A stretch of DNA of 24,431 nucleotides from a virus (taxonomy: Duplodnaviria; Heunggongvirae; Uroviricota; Caudoviricetes): IMG/VR virus record IMGVR_UViG_2663762939_000013; one strand, written 5' to 3'. Position numbers and translations under genes: made by a program. This document shows positions 1-9,811 of the stretch, piece by piece. The number at the start of each line of letters is the position of its first letter. The first letter of the stretch is position 1. Under the pieces are notes generated by a model. It saw nothing but the letters and a program-made list of their open reading frames with translations, ran no database searches and was not told the DNA's origin.

Positions 1-1236
1 CTACGATAACCGCGCATTCAACATGGCTATCTGTTCGTCGTTCATGTCATCAATCCACATACCGTAAATTTCATACACCATCTGCGCAGTTTCATGCCCC
101 ATTTGGCTGGCTATAAATGCCGGGTTCGCTCCTGCCGTCAACAGCCAGCAGGCAAAAGTATGCCGCGTATGGTACGGATTACGGCGGCGAATACCAGCAC
201 GTTTTACTGCTGCATTCCACCTTGCCCCCAAACTGCTTACCGAGTAATAAGGTTTTTGTTTTCCGTTACACACCCTGGGCATGAAAACAAAATGCAGTTT
301 TTGCTTTTCGGTTCTGCCGTACTCCCGATGATAAAAGGTGATTTCGCTTTTGCGATGATGCCCGGTCAGTTTGTATTGCTCCTTCAGTGCTTCAAGAGCA
401 GGCTGCAGTAGTGTTACTGTTCGGATCCCGGCATTTGTTTTTGGGGGACCGAACATATCAAGTATCGTCAGGTTTCTTCTGACATTCACTATTCCCTTTT
501 CGAGATCCACATCCTCCCACGCCAGAGCTGCCAGTTCCCCGTGACGAAGTCCTGAGTAAACGGCAAATTTCCACAAGTTCTGGCTCTGTCCTTTTTCACT
601 TTCCATTAATGCATTGAATTCTGTTTTAGATAACGGATCAGGCTTTATTCTGTTTCGCTGTAATTTTTTTACTCCTTCAAATGGTTTGGTTGATATAAAT
701 CCCGACTGATACGCAAAACGCAACAGCGAACAGAGCAGGGCGATATAGTTATCAACTGTGCGCACGGTTCTTCCTTTTTTGTTGGATCTTGGATTATCCA
801 GGTAAAGCGTTTCTCCATGCAGCAGTTCATTCCGGTAGTTTAAGATATCGCTATAACGAATATGTGATATCGGGGTACTTTCACAAATTATTATTCTGAG
901 TGTTTTTAATTGTGATTTCGTTTTCTTCATTGTGTTTGTTGTTAACTCTGTCTCTTTAATTTTTGTCCAGATATCACAAAGCTCTCCGAACGTTTTTATG
1001 ACTCTCGTTGTCACCATTTTTGCCCCAGTGCTGGACTGGGGAAAACGTCTTAAATACTCAAATTCACCGGAGTTTATTTCATGAACTATCAGCGCTCTTA
1101 AATTTCCGGCCTTTTTAATATTACTGTTTGTAATCTCCCAGCCTTTTAATGTTTCCCGACATCGTTTTCCTCGAAACATGAACCAGATGCGAATGTATCT
1201 ACCTCTAATCTCGACACCTGTTGGTAATTTAGACAT
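1..1236 (-). CDS. intR: Phage integrase, tyrosine recombinase (Rac-type IntR), 411 aa
   Basis: Complete 411-aa ORF; C-terminal tyrosine-recombinase signature residues visible (LRHGEL, HTRHTFA, VYEIYG); N-terminus MSKLPTGVEIRGRYIRIWF matches my recollection of Rac IntR; start codon 1 nt from stop of the xis-like gene. Confidence 0.9.
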   Translation of the reverse strand: MSKLPTGVEIRGRYIRIWFMFRGKRCRETLKGWEITNSNIKKAGNLRALIVHEINSGEFEYLRRFPQSSTGAKMVTTRVIKTFGELCDIWTKIKETELTTNTMKKTKSQLKTLRIIICESTPISHIRYSDILNYRNELLHGETLYLDNPRSNKKGRTVRTVDNYIALLCSLLRFAYQSGFISTKPFEGVKKLQRNRIKPDPLSKTEFNALMESEKGQSQNLWKFAVYSGLRHGELAALAWEDVDLEKGIVNVRRNLTILDMFGPPKTNAGIRTVTLLQPALEALKEQYKLTGHHRKSEITFYHREYGRTEKQKLHFVFMPRVCNGKQKPYYSVSSLGARWNAAVKRAGIRRRNPYHTRHTFACWLLTAGANPAFIASQMGHETAQMVYEIYGMWIDDMNDEQIAMLNARLS

Positions 1237-1237
1237 A

Positions 1238-1453
1238 TCATGAGTCTTTGATAAACTGATTTATCTTTGGATAGTTGTACCAGATAATCCCTCGTTTGCT
1301 GTCTGGCTTACCTAAAGGAGATACTCGTTTGAAGTGGAAGCCCTCCACCCAACAGTTCTGGCGGTATGCTTCAATTTGTCTGGCCCCCAGACCAGTGCGA
1401 AGCATCAGGCCGTATTCAACCATCCACTCTTCATTAAAGATTACTTGTGCCAT
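1238..1453 (-). CDS. ydaQ: Excisionase-like small DNA-binding protein (YdaQ/XisR-like), 71 aa
   Basis: 71-aa ORF from ATG at 1453 ([15 protein letters not shown]...), immediately upstream of the integrase in the classical xis-int arrangement; alternative upstream TTG start at 1477. Confidence 0.8.
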   Translation of the reverse strand: MAQVIFNEEWMVEYGLMLRTGLGARQIEAYRQNCWVEGFHFKRVSPLGKPDSKRGIIWYNYPKINQFIKDS

Positions 1454-1531
1454 CGCATCACCTCTGGCAGGCGCCAATGTTAGACTGAAATTGACGCCCG
1501 ATGTTGATTATTAATAATCAGCTATGAAGTT

Positions 1532-1741
1532 TTAATTTGAATACAATGCAATTCTCGAGGACTGAAGTTTCTCGCAATTAAAATTTATCAGTTTTACTTT
1601 CTGCTCTCTGGAAACGCCTGCTTCTTTTTTACCTGAGAGCATTTTTTCGCATTCTGATTTCGTTAGTTTAGATTTTGAATATCTTGTCCAGTTAGTAGGA
1701 GTGCCACCTTCCTTTTCAATAGTGGCGGTAATTTTATACAT
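1532..1741 (-). CDS. ydaC: Rac prophage small protein YdaC-like, 69 aa
   Basis: ORF with ATG at 1741 (MYKITATIEKEGG...), overlapping the 3' end of ralR by 8 nt; position between ralR and ydaQ as in K-12 Rac. Longer in-frame starts exist up to 1813. Confidence 0.65.
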   Translation of the reverse strand: MYKITATIEKEGGTPTNWTRYSKSKLTKSECEKMLSGKKEAGVSREQKVKLINFNCEKLQSSRIALYSN

Positions 1742-1928
1742 GAACACCTCCATTATTATTTCCAGTGGTTCGTTTATTCCATCTTTCGAGTGCTTCTTTT
1801 TCACTTCCACCATAACCGGTTCGGGATTCGCATCCGTTACACTTCGCTCGGTAATATCCTGAAATGGCTTTCACCGTTACTGATGGACAACCACAAAATG
1901 GACATGGTTTAACATTGTCATATCTCAT
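1734..1928 (-). CDS. ralR: Restriction alleviation protein Lar/RalR (also a type I toxin DNase), 64 aa
   Basis: MRYDNVKPCPFCGCPSVTVKAISGYYRAKCNGCESRTGYGGSEKEALERWNKR; cysteine-rich zinc-ribbon-like motif (CPFCGC...CNGC); sits immediately downstream of recT as in Rac. Alternative start at 1940. Confidence 0.85.
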   Translation of the reverse strand: MRYDNVKPCPFCGCPSVTVKAISGYYRAKCNGCESRTGYGGSEKEALERWNKRTTGNNNGGVHV

Positions 1929-1984
1929 AATTTTTCTCATAAAAAATATTTCAAGTTGGCGGTGCATTACACCGCCAGGCTGAA

Positions 1985-2794
1985 TTATTCCTCTGAATTA
2001 TCGATTACACTGTATTCCCCGGTTAATACAGAGGAATCTGCAGGATCGATTGTCAGTGGTTCCTTTTCATCCATTGATACTGCACGCTGGATCTCAATTG
2101 ATACGGGCAGATATTTGAACAGGCGACGAATAGCCGTTTTCTTTGCCATTTCTTCCCAGTGAGTTACCCACGGCCCGTTATTACCAGCTTTACTCAGGCT
2201 GCGCACCAGCTCAATCTGTTTGCGCGTCATAACTTCAAACTGAGTACCTCCGTCTTTCAGTCTTGCGACAGCATAGACGTGGGTAACCGGGGCATCTTCG
2301 TTTTCTCCCGGGCGGTGTATTAACTTTTCATCAAGGCCAAATTCGAAGCTAAACTCGTCACCTTCACGGACAACACGGGCTGACAGGCTGGCGATTTGAC
2401 CAGAACGGCGAGCCAGATCAATCATGCCGCGATAGCCAATGATTAGCTGAACGTTCTTTTTACCGCTCTTTTCGTTTTTATTACCAAAAGGCAGTAAATA
2501 TGCATGACCGAGGGCGCTACCTGGCTCAAGTCCGAGCTGTGAACACTGTACGATCGCACTGACAAAACTCATAGTGTCACAGTTTCCTAACGCCGGAACT
2601 TTACGAATTTCTGTAGTGGCGATACGGATCATACGTTCAGCCGTCATATGGCGTGGAAGAGCTGCTGCCAGTTGCTCTTTCATTGATGGCTGGTTAATAA
2701 AACTAATCACGTCGCTATTTTTAACTGCTGCTGGTGCACGGTTTCCCTGAGTTTTTTGCAGATCGGCTTTTGCGATTGGTGGTTGCTTAGTCAT
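1985..2794 (-). CDS. recT: RecT single-strand annealing recombinase, 269 aa
   Basis: Protein from [35 protein letters not shown]... recognised as RecT; start overlaps recE 3' end by 8 nt (translational coupling). Confidence 0.95.
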   Translation of the reverse strand: MTKQPPIAKADLQKTQGNRAPAAVKNSDVISFINQPSMKEQLAAALPRHMTAERMIRIATTEIRKVPALGNCDTMSFVSAIVQCSQLGLEPGSALGHAYLLPFGNKNEKSGKKNVQLIIGYRGMIDLARRSGQIASLSARVVREGDEFSFEFGLDEKLIHRPGENEDAPVTHVYAVARLKDGGTQFEVMTRKQIELVRSLSKAGNNGPWVTHWEEMAKKTAIRRLFKYLPVSIEIQRAVSMDEKEPLTIDPADSSVLTGEYSVIDNSEE

Positions 2795-5387
2795 TTGCAT
2801 ATTCCTTAGCCCAGCGGGGCAGTGATAATGTCTTAATAGCTGGCCATTCATCGGTATTCAGGCAGTCAGACAGGGTTCGCAGATTGCGGTGATATTCCTG
2901 TTGACCTGCCAGTTTTGCTTCTTCGCCCATCATGAAAATTTCAACCGGATAACGTCCGCATTCAATAGTTGTGCTGGCAACCAGAAAAACGAAAGTTGGC
3001 TGCACTCCAAACAGTGCTTCATAACCGTCACTGTAGAATGCATCCTGAACGTGATAGCGGTAGTCGTAATAAGCGGTTTTGAATCGTTGAATATCCGCCG
3101 TAGTTTTCACGTCCATGATCCAGTGAAATTCAGGGATAATTTTGTCCGGACGGCACCGACACAAAATTCCTGTTTCAGGATCTTCCCAGTAAATTGATGA
3201 TTCAGCGTGTCCGGCGCTTTCAACAAGCCATTGCCCCAGCGGCAAAGCCATAACGCTTTGATACATGAGTTCAATTTTCCGGCCTTCTTCCGCAGTGATA
3301 ACCGTTTTTCCTGTGCTTGCGCATTCCATCAGAAACGCTTTCTCTTCTTCTTTTCCGGCGTTTGTACGGCGGTTAAATTCAGGTGCTACGATAAAGCGGT
3401 TACTGAATTCTTCCGGTTCAAGTACCCGGCAGTGGAAAGCAGTTCCTAAATCGAGCGTTTTTGTCTTTGTGGTGTCCACGGGGGCATTTTTACGCCACAA
3501 ATATAGTGCCGGAGTATCAGCAATGTCATCGAGCTGAGACTTACTGATACCGGGACCCGCGTGGTAATTCTCATTCGAAATTCCGTAATAAATACCTGGC
3601 TCTATGTCTTCTACGATTACGGGATCTGCGACTTCGCCAGTTTCATCACTGCAATCGTGATGCGGATCGCTGCCAGCATTCTCATTGTGCGGATGTTCAG
3701 CGCCTTCCATTTCCTCCGGATCATTTTCCTTAGCTTCAACCTGACTCTCTTCATCGAATGTTTCCTGGTATGTTGCGTCGCCCATCACCGCACCACAGTC
3801 AGGGCAGTTATCCCCGCCAGTCTGGCCGCAGGCATTGCAGGCTATTTCCGGTTCCTGTTGCACTACTGGCTCAGGTTGATTCATATCTGGGCTGGTTTTT
3901 TCCGTTTCTGGCTGGTTCTGGTACACACAATCGCGAGTCTGGATCCCCTTTACCCATTTCGGATCGTTCGGGTCGCTAATTCCGTCAACAAATTCACCAC
4001 GTGATGCAGCAAGCAATTTATCGGCATCGACAGGATTTTTTGATGGAATGTTTTTCCGGGCTTCATGGAGTTCTGCCCGCAGTTCCTGATATTTCGCATC
4101 AACAGAATTTACCTGTGACTGAGCATCCAGCGGCTGCGTGTCCTGATGATGTTCAGTTGCGTCCGGTTCCATTGTTTCAGCCTCTCCCTGTTCAACTGCC
4201 GTTGTTCCAGATGGTTGCGGTTTTTCTTCATCATCCTGTTTTCCTTCTTCTGTTACTCGCTGCGGCATCGGGGCAGAGGAGCGACTGCAGGCAATATCCA
4301 CGATTTCCGGATCAGGGTTGGCATGATCGGTTTCAGTCAGTACTTTGTTCAGATATTCAGTGACGTGCGCGGGGATGACCTCGATCCCAATTGGTGCTTC
4401 TTTTACGGACGCAACCACGATGGCGCGGGAATAATCCAGCCCGCCAGGCATGGTGATGAATTTGTCGCGGAAAACAGAAAAGGGCGGTTTATTTTCAGCG
4501 ATAATTTCCTCAATGCGTTTAGCGTGTGCCGGATGAAGGTTATAGATGTCCAGATCCATTGAACGGGCCAGTACGCCAGTGGCTACGTCGCGCGCCAGTG
4601 ACGTCAGATCGTGTACGAAACCTTCGCCGCGATCGGTGAGGTTTCCGCCGCCAGCATTAGCACCGGAAGCCGTGCGAGTGATGTGTGAAACACGATTACC
4701 CTTCATCCACTCTTTTGTCAGCAGTCCTCGATCGGTGTAGTCAGCGTTCAGGTATGCTTCGAAAAAAGCAGTTATCAGTCCCAGGTTTGAATTACCAGGA
4801 TTAGGGAAAACTTTGTCAGTGTCACGAACCAGTTTGTGGAGTTCGCGAATTTCCAGCGGGTCGAGCAGGCTGGTTTTGTGGGAAACAGCCAGGGCAGTAA
4901 CAGCCGGTAGTTCTTCAGCCCGAGCAATGTGTAATGCCTGGAGTCCGTCGCGTGAAACGTGCGTTACCGGTTTTTCGCTGCCGTGTTGAGCAAGCCAACG
5001 AATGGGCAGTTCCTGGCCAGAAATTGGGAGTAGCATATTCTCCTCAATCTCAGTCATGTCTTCGCCGTTGACGTTGGTATTGCCTTGATAATGAGCGTTG
5101 TCTGGTGCTGCTCCCGGTTTTAGTTCCCATGTCATGGAGTCTTTGCTGAGTTGATAGCGTTCACTCCAGGTAAAATCGATCTCACCTTCAGCGGGCAGGT
5201 CATTAACGACAGGAAAATTCGTGGCAACAGCTTTAAAATAGCTGCTCAGTTTTTTACCTGACTTAACGATCAGGTAGTCCAGAGTGGCACAGGTCGATTC
5301 AAAATCGTTGCTTGCCCACAGGACGACGTCAGGTTCACCGGATGATTTTTTCGCTTTCCGTAACAGGAAGAGTGGTTTTGTGCTCAT
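2787..5387 (-). CDS. recE: RecE exonuclease VIII, 866 aa
   Basis: 866-aa ORF ([30 protein letters not shown]...), length and sequence as I recall for Rac RecE; acidic low-complexity middle region, exonuclease domain at C-terminus; upstream of and overlapping recT. Confidence 0.95.
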   Translation of the reverse strand: MSTKPLFLLRKAKKSSGEPDVVLWASNDFESTCATLDYLIVKSGKKLSSYFKAVATNFPVVNDLPAEGEIDFTWSERYQLSKDSMTWELKPGAAPDNAHYQGNTNVNGEDMTEIEENMLLPISGQELPIRWLAQHGSEKPVTHVSRDGLQALHIARAEELPAVTALAVSHKTSLLDPLEIRELHKLVRDTDKVFPNPGNSNLGLITAFFEAYLNADYTDRGLLTKEWMKGNRVSHITRTASGANAGGGNLTDRGEGFVHDLTSLARDVATGVLARSMDLDIYNLHPAHAKRIEEIIAENKPPFSVFRDKFITMPGGLDYSRAIVVASVKEAPIGIEVIPAHVTEYLNKVLTETDHANPDPEIVDIACSRSSAPMPQRVTEEGKQDDEEKPQPSGTTAVEQGEAETMEPDATEHHQDTQPLDAQSQVNSVDAKYQELRAELHEARKNIPSKNPVDADKLLAASRGEFVDGISDPNDPKWVKGIQTRDCVYQNQPETEKTSPDMNQPEPVVQQEPEIACNACGQTGGDNCPDCGAVMGDATYQETFDEESQVEAKENDPEEMEGAEHPHNENAGSDPHHDCSDETGEVADPVIVEDIEPGIYYGISNENYHAGPGISKSQLDDIADTPALYLWRKNAPVDTTKTKTLDLGTAFHCRVLEPEEFSNRFIVAPEFNRRTNAGKEEEKAFLMECASTGKTVITAEEGRKIELMYQSVMALPLGQWLVESAGHAESSIYWEDPETGILCRCRPDKIIPEFHWIMDVKTTADIQRFKTAYYDYRYHVQDAFYSDGYEALFGVQPTFVFLVASTTIECGRYPVEIFMMGEEAKLAGQQEYHRNLRTLSDCLNTDEWPAIKTLSLPRWAKEYAND

Positions 5388-5488
5388 TGTTTTTTAACCT
5401 CAACTCAGATTAAAATTCGTTTTGTTCAGTGAATGATCTTGCCGGATACACACTGTTCATAGCCTGCGCCATACGCAGGCTATTTCTT

Positions 5489-5764
5489 TCAGATTTCACC
5501 TTTTAATTTCATTGCAATTAGAGTTGCCAGAAATTCGGCTTTTTTTTCTGCGGGCAGATTCTTTCCGATATGCACCAGGCACATTTTTTTGACACCTTCA
5601 TCAAGTGTTTTTACGTTGCCTGATGGACCATCGATATCAACCACAGTGAATGGGGTTTCTTTATTTTCTGTTTTAATTACGTAGCCAATGCGCTTTCCTT
5701 CCAGATTCACCTCGTGAACAATGTCATCGGTAGTTACAACAGTGGCTTCATAATTGGTAATCAT
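5489..5764 (-). CDS. racC: RacC small protein, 91 aa
   Basis: ATG at 5764 preceded by GGAG; protein MITNYEATVVTTDDIVHEVNLEGKRIGYVIKTENK...; located directly upstream of recE as in Rac. Confidence 0.8.
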   Translation of the reverse strand: MITNYEATVVTTDDIVHEVNLEGKRIGYVIKTENKETPFTVVDIDGPSGNVKTLDEGVKKMCLVHIGKNLPAEKKAEFLATLIAMKLKGEI

Positions 5765-5838
5765 GTTTTTCTCCTTAATTAAGGTTGAGCGAATACCTGC
5801 CATTTCTGGCATAAATTCAGTTTCGAATAGTCAATTAA

Positions 5839-6005
5839 TTAAAGTTCATGTGCCATCTGGTCTTTTTCGGCACAAGCTTCACTGCAATATTTTCTCGGTT
5901 CGTCTTTTGATAAAATCCCGTGCATGAAGTGAAGCATTCTTTCAATAGCTTTGCTTTCTTCAACGTCTTTTTTGCAAAGGTGGTAAGCACATTTTATTTT
6001 CTTAG
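5839..6005 (-). pseudogene. ydaE: 5'-truncated ydaE-like zinc-binding small protein; start codon lost at the IS5 junction
   Basis: Minus-strand frame ...KKIKCAYHLCKKDVEESKAIERMLHFMHGILSKDEPRKYCSEACAEKDQMAHEL-stop (stop at 5839-5841) runs open into the IS5 terminal repeat with no start codon; Cys/His spacing suggests zinc binding. Gene symbol is a positional guess (racC-ydaE order in K-12). Confidence 0.5.
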
Positions 6006-7200
<1,195 letters not shown>

Positions 7201-7767
7201 ATAGGTATGTATGACTTGCATGGAAGTTTTATTCATTCGTTTTTTCTTGCCAGCTCCATGCTCACTGATAATGGTTTAGCTACGCAGGATTATGCAAGTT
7301 GGCCCACGCACACGATAGTGTTTTTGCTGTTGTCAAGTTTCTTTGGGGGATGTATAGGTTCAACTTGTGGTGGAATTAAGTCACTTCGATTTCTTATACT
7401 TTTCAAACAAAGCAAACACGAGATAAATCAGCTTTCTCATCCCAGAGCGTTGTTGAGTGTAAATGTAGGAGGGAAGATAGTTACAGATCGTGTAATGAGG
7501 TCTGTATGGAGTTTCTTTTTTCTTTATACTCTCTTCACGGTGTTTTTTATACTGGTGTTAAATGGTATGGGATATGATTTTCTTACATCATTTGCAACAG
7601 TGGCTGCATGTATTAATAATATGGGATTAGGTTTTGGGGCTACTGCATCGTCATTCGGAGTGCTTAATGACATTGCAAAATGTTTAATGTGCATAGCTAT
7701 GATTCTTGGTCGCCTTGAAATTTATCCTGTTATTATATTGTTTTCAGGTTTTTTTTGGCGCTCCTAA
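7201..7767 (+). pseudogene. trkG: 3' fragment of trkG (Trk K+ uptake protein, TrkH paralogue), C-terminal 188 codons only
   Basis: Frame opens exactly at the IS5 boundary; membrane-protein translation with the GGCIGSTCGGIK motif typical of TrkH/TrkG; visibly AT-rich; no N-terminal part present. Confidence 0.8.
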
Positions 7768-7853
7768 TATATGGCTGATTTATAATTGTGAGTTTAATAT
7801 TATGTTGACTCACTCATTGATCCAATACCTAACTTTACCAGCAACACCTCCGT

Positions 7854-7889
7854 CCCCAGTAGCACTGGCTGCTGGGGTGCGTTTTATTC
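7854..7889 (+). terminator. Rho-independent terminator-like hairpin downstream of the trkG fragment
   Basis: CCCCAG (7854-7859) / CTGGGG (7872-7877) stem with 12-nt loop, followed by TGCGTTTTATTC. Confidence 0.45.
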
Positions 7890-7904
7890 ATAAAGCAAGG
7901 CTGT

Positions 7905-8696
7905 ATGAGCGAGAAATTAAAGATAGTCTATCGCCCATTACAAGAATTGTCACCGTATGCGCACAACGCCAGGACGCACAGTACTGAGCAGGTGGCACAA
8001 CTGGTAGAAAGTATTAAGCAATTCGGCTGGACTAATCCGGTGCTGATTGACGAAAAGGGCGAAATTATTGCGGGTCACGGTCGTGTTATGGCGGCTGAAA
8101 TGCTCAAAATGGATTCTGTTCCGGTCATTGTTCTGTCTGGCCTGACGGATGAGCAGAAAAAGGCGTACCGCCTGGCAGATAATCGCCTGCCGATGAATGC
8201 TGGCTGGGATGAAGATCTGTTGCGGATGGAGCTGTCGGACCTAATCAATGCTGATTTTGATGTCTCCCTGACAGGCTTCATCCCGACAGAAATTGATGAA
8301 CTGTTGACGGATGTTTTGCCCGGTACAGGAAATGAGGAGGAGCCGTATACGACGAAAATTGATACGCCTGTTTATGAGCCGTCGGGCGGTAAACCGGATA
8401 TCAGTGAACTGTACGACGATACGAAAACTCAGGAGCTGATCAGCCGGATACGTTCGGCGTCCCTTGAGCCTGATATTGAGAAATTCCTCCTGTGTGCGGC
8501 AGAACGTCACACGGTGTTTAATTTCAGCAGAATTGCGGACTATTACGCTCACGCCCCCTCTGAAATTCAGTGTTTTTTCGAGGAGTCGGCGCTGGTGATC
8601 ATTGATTATCAGCAGGCTATTGAAAATGGATTTGTCCGGATGACGCAGCGCATGGTGGAGATCATGCATGGTGGTGAGGAGGAGGAATATGCGTGA
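7905..8696 (+). CDS. ParB-like nuclease domain protein (ParB/Srx N-terminal domain), 263 aa; positional equivalent of K-12 Rac ynaK
   Basis: N-terminus KIVYRPLQELSPYAHNARTHSTEQVAQLVESIKQFGWTNPVLIDEKGEIIAGHGRVMAAEMLKMDSVPVIVL is a classic ParB N-terminal domain pattern; stop codon overlaps start of next gene (ATGCGTGA). Confidence 0.8.
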   Translation: MSEKLKIVYRPLQELSPYAHNARTHSTEQVAQLVESIKQFGWTNPVLIDEKGEIIAGHGRVMAAEMLKMDSVPVIVLSGLTDEQKKAYRLADNRLPMNAGWDEDLLRMELSDLINADFDVSLTGFIPTEIDELLTDVLPGTGNEEEPYTTKIDTPVYEPSGGKPDISELYDDTKTQELISRIRSASLEPDIEKFLLCAAERHTVFNFSRIADYYAHAPSEIQCFFEESALVIIDYQQAIENGFVRMTQRMVEIMHGGEEEEYA

Positions 8697-9621
8697 TGAT
8701 TTTTGCGCCTTTATTCTGACTCACGGGCGACCGGACAAAGTTCTGACTTACCGGACGTTGCGTCGTGCTGGCTATACCGGGAAAATTTTTATCGTTGTTG
8801 ATGATGAAGATAAGACACGGCATCAGTACATGGCTGAATTTGGTGAACAGGTGCTGGTGTTTTCCAAAGCCGATATCGCCAGTCGTTTTGACGAAGCCGA
8901 TAATTTCTGTGACCGCCGCTCAATTTTTTACGCCCGTAATGCCTGTTTCGACCTGGCAAAACTGGTCGGGTGTAAATACTTCATTCAGCTCGATGATGAT
9001 TATCACGAGTTCCAGTTTCGGGTGGATCGCAACTATGACCAGGCCTATTTTCCGATAAGGAAACTGGATGCGATCCTTTCTGAAATGCTGGCGTACTACG
9101 AATCAATACCTGCTCTTTCCATCGCTATGTCGCAGGGCGGGGATTTTCTTGGTGACAATGGCGGCCATGCTTCGTGGGTGAAACGCAAGGCAATGAACAG
9201 CTTTATCTGTTCGGTTGATCGACCGTTCTCATTCATGGGGCGCATTAACGAGGATGTGAATACGTACACGAATCTCGGTCGCTGTGGTGAATTGTTTATG
9301 ACGATCGGTGCTGTCCAGTTAGGGCAGAAACAGACGCAGAAAAACAGCGGCGGAATGACCGAGCTGTATCTGGATTCCGGAACCTACGTTAAAAGTTTTT
9401 ACTCCGTCATGTATGCGCCGTCGTGCGTAAAAATCTCACTGATGGGTGCCAGCCATAAACGCATTCACCATCAGGTCACCTGGAACAACGCTGCAGTAAA
9501 AATCCTTCACGAAAAATACAGGAAGAAGACACCCTGCATATCAATGGGGGTGACAAATGATTCCGTATTCGAAAGTCGAGTCTCTGGCAGCGTGCCGGAT
9601 GACTGCACAACAAATCGCTGA
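8689..9621 (+). CDS. Uncharacterised 310-aa protein, translationally coupled to the ParB-like gene; possible GT-A-like transferase (tentative)
   Basis: ATG at 8689 preceded by GGAGGAGGAA; motifs FILTHGRPDKVL, IFIVVDDEDK and YFIQLDDDYHEF spaced like the N-terminal strand / DxD signatures of GT-A fold enzymes. No fold assignment was possible here; function unknown. Confidence 0.7.
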   Translation: MRDDFCAFILTHGRPDKVLTYRTLRRAGYTGKIFIVVDDEDKTRHQYMAEFGEQVLVFSKADIASRFDEADNFCDRRSIFYARNACFDLAKLVGCKYFIQLDDDYHEFQFRVDRNYDQAYFPIRKLDAILSEMLAYYESIPALSIAMSQGGDFLGDNGGHASWVKRKAMNSFICSVDRPFSFMGRINEDVNTYTNLGRCGELFMTIGAVQLGQKQTQKNSGGMTELYLDSGTYVKSFYSVMYAPSCVKISLMGASHKRIHHQVTWNNAAVKILHEKYRKKTPCISMGVTNDSVFESRVSGSVPDDCTTNR

Positions 9622-9808
9622 CGTTCTGGATGTTGATCTGAACCGACTGAAAGAAAATCGGGAAGCAATGACAGATTTTTATGCGGCCATCCGTAAGGGC
9701 AGAGCGAAAGGTGAAGCCGAGTTACGAGCGGCATTGTTTAAGCTTGCCAGAAAAGGGGATGCCTTTGCTCTGCGCGAACTACTCAGGGTGGATAAAAATC
9801 AGGACTAA
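9557..9808 (+). CDS. Small helix-turn-helix-like protein, 83 aa (possible packaging or regulatory DNA-binding protein)
   Basis: ATG at 9557 preceded by GGGGGTGA; sequence ...MTAQQIADVLDVDLNRLKENREAM... resembles an HTH; overlaps 3' end of the upstream gene by 65 nt (alternative start at 9599 gives a 23-nt overlap); stop 3 nt before TerS start. Confidence 0.5.
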   Translation: MIPYSKVESLAACRMTAQQIADVLDVDLNRLKENREAMTDFYAAIRKGRAKGEAELRAALFKLARKGDAFALRELLRVDKNQD

Positions 9809-9811
9809 CTG

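Noticed and set aside
2889-4740. Multiple plus-strand ORFs (64-147 aa) inside the recE coding region
   Set aside because: Antisense to a confidently identified long gene; low-complexity or hydrophobic translations with no ribosome-binding sites; typical shadow ORFs.
7706-7987. 93-aa ORF bridging the trkG 3' end and the ParB-like gene start
   Set aside because: Different frame from both neighbours, overlaps the terminator hairpin and the ParB-like start; no independent support.
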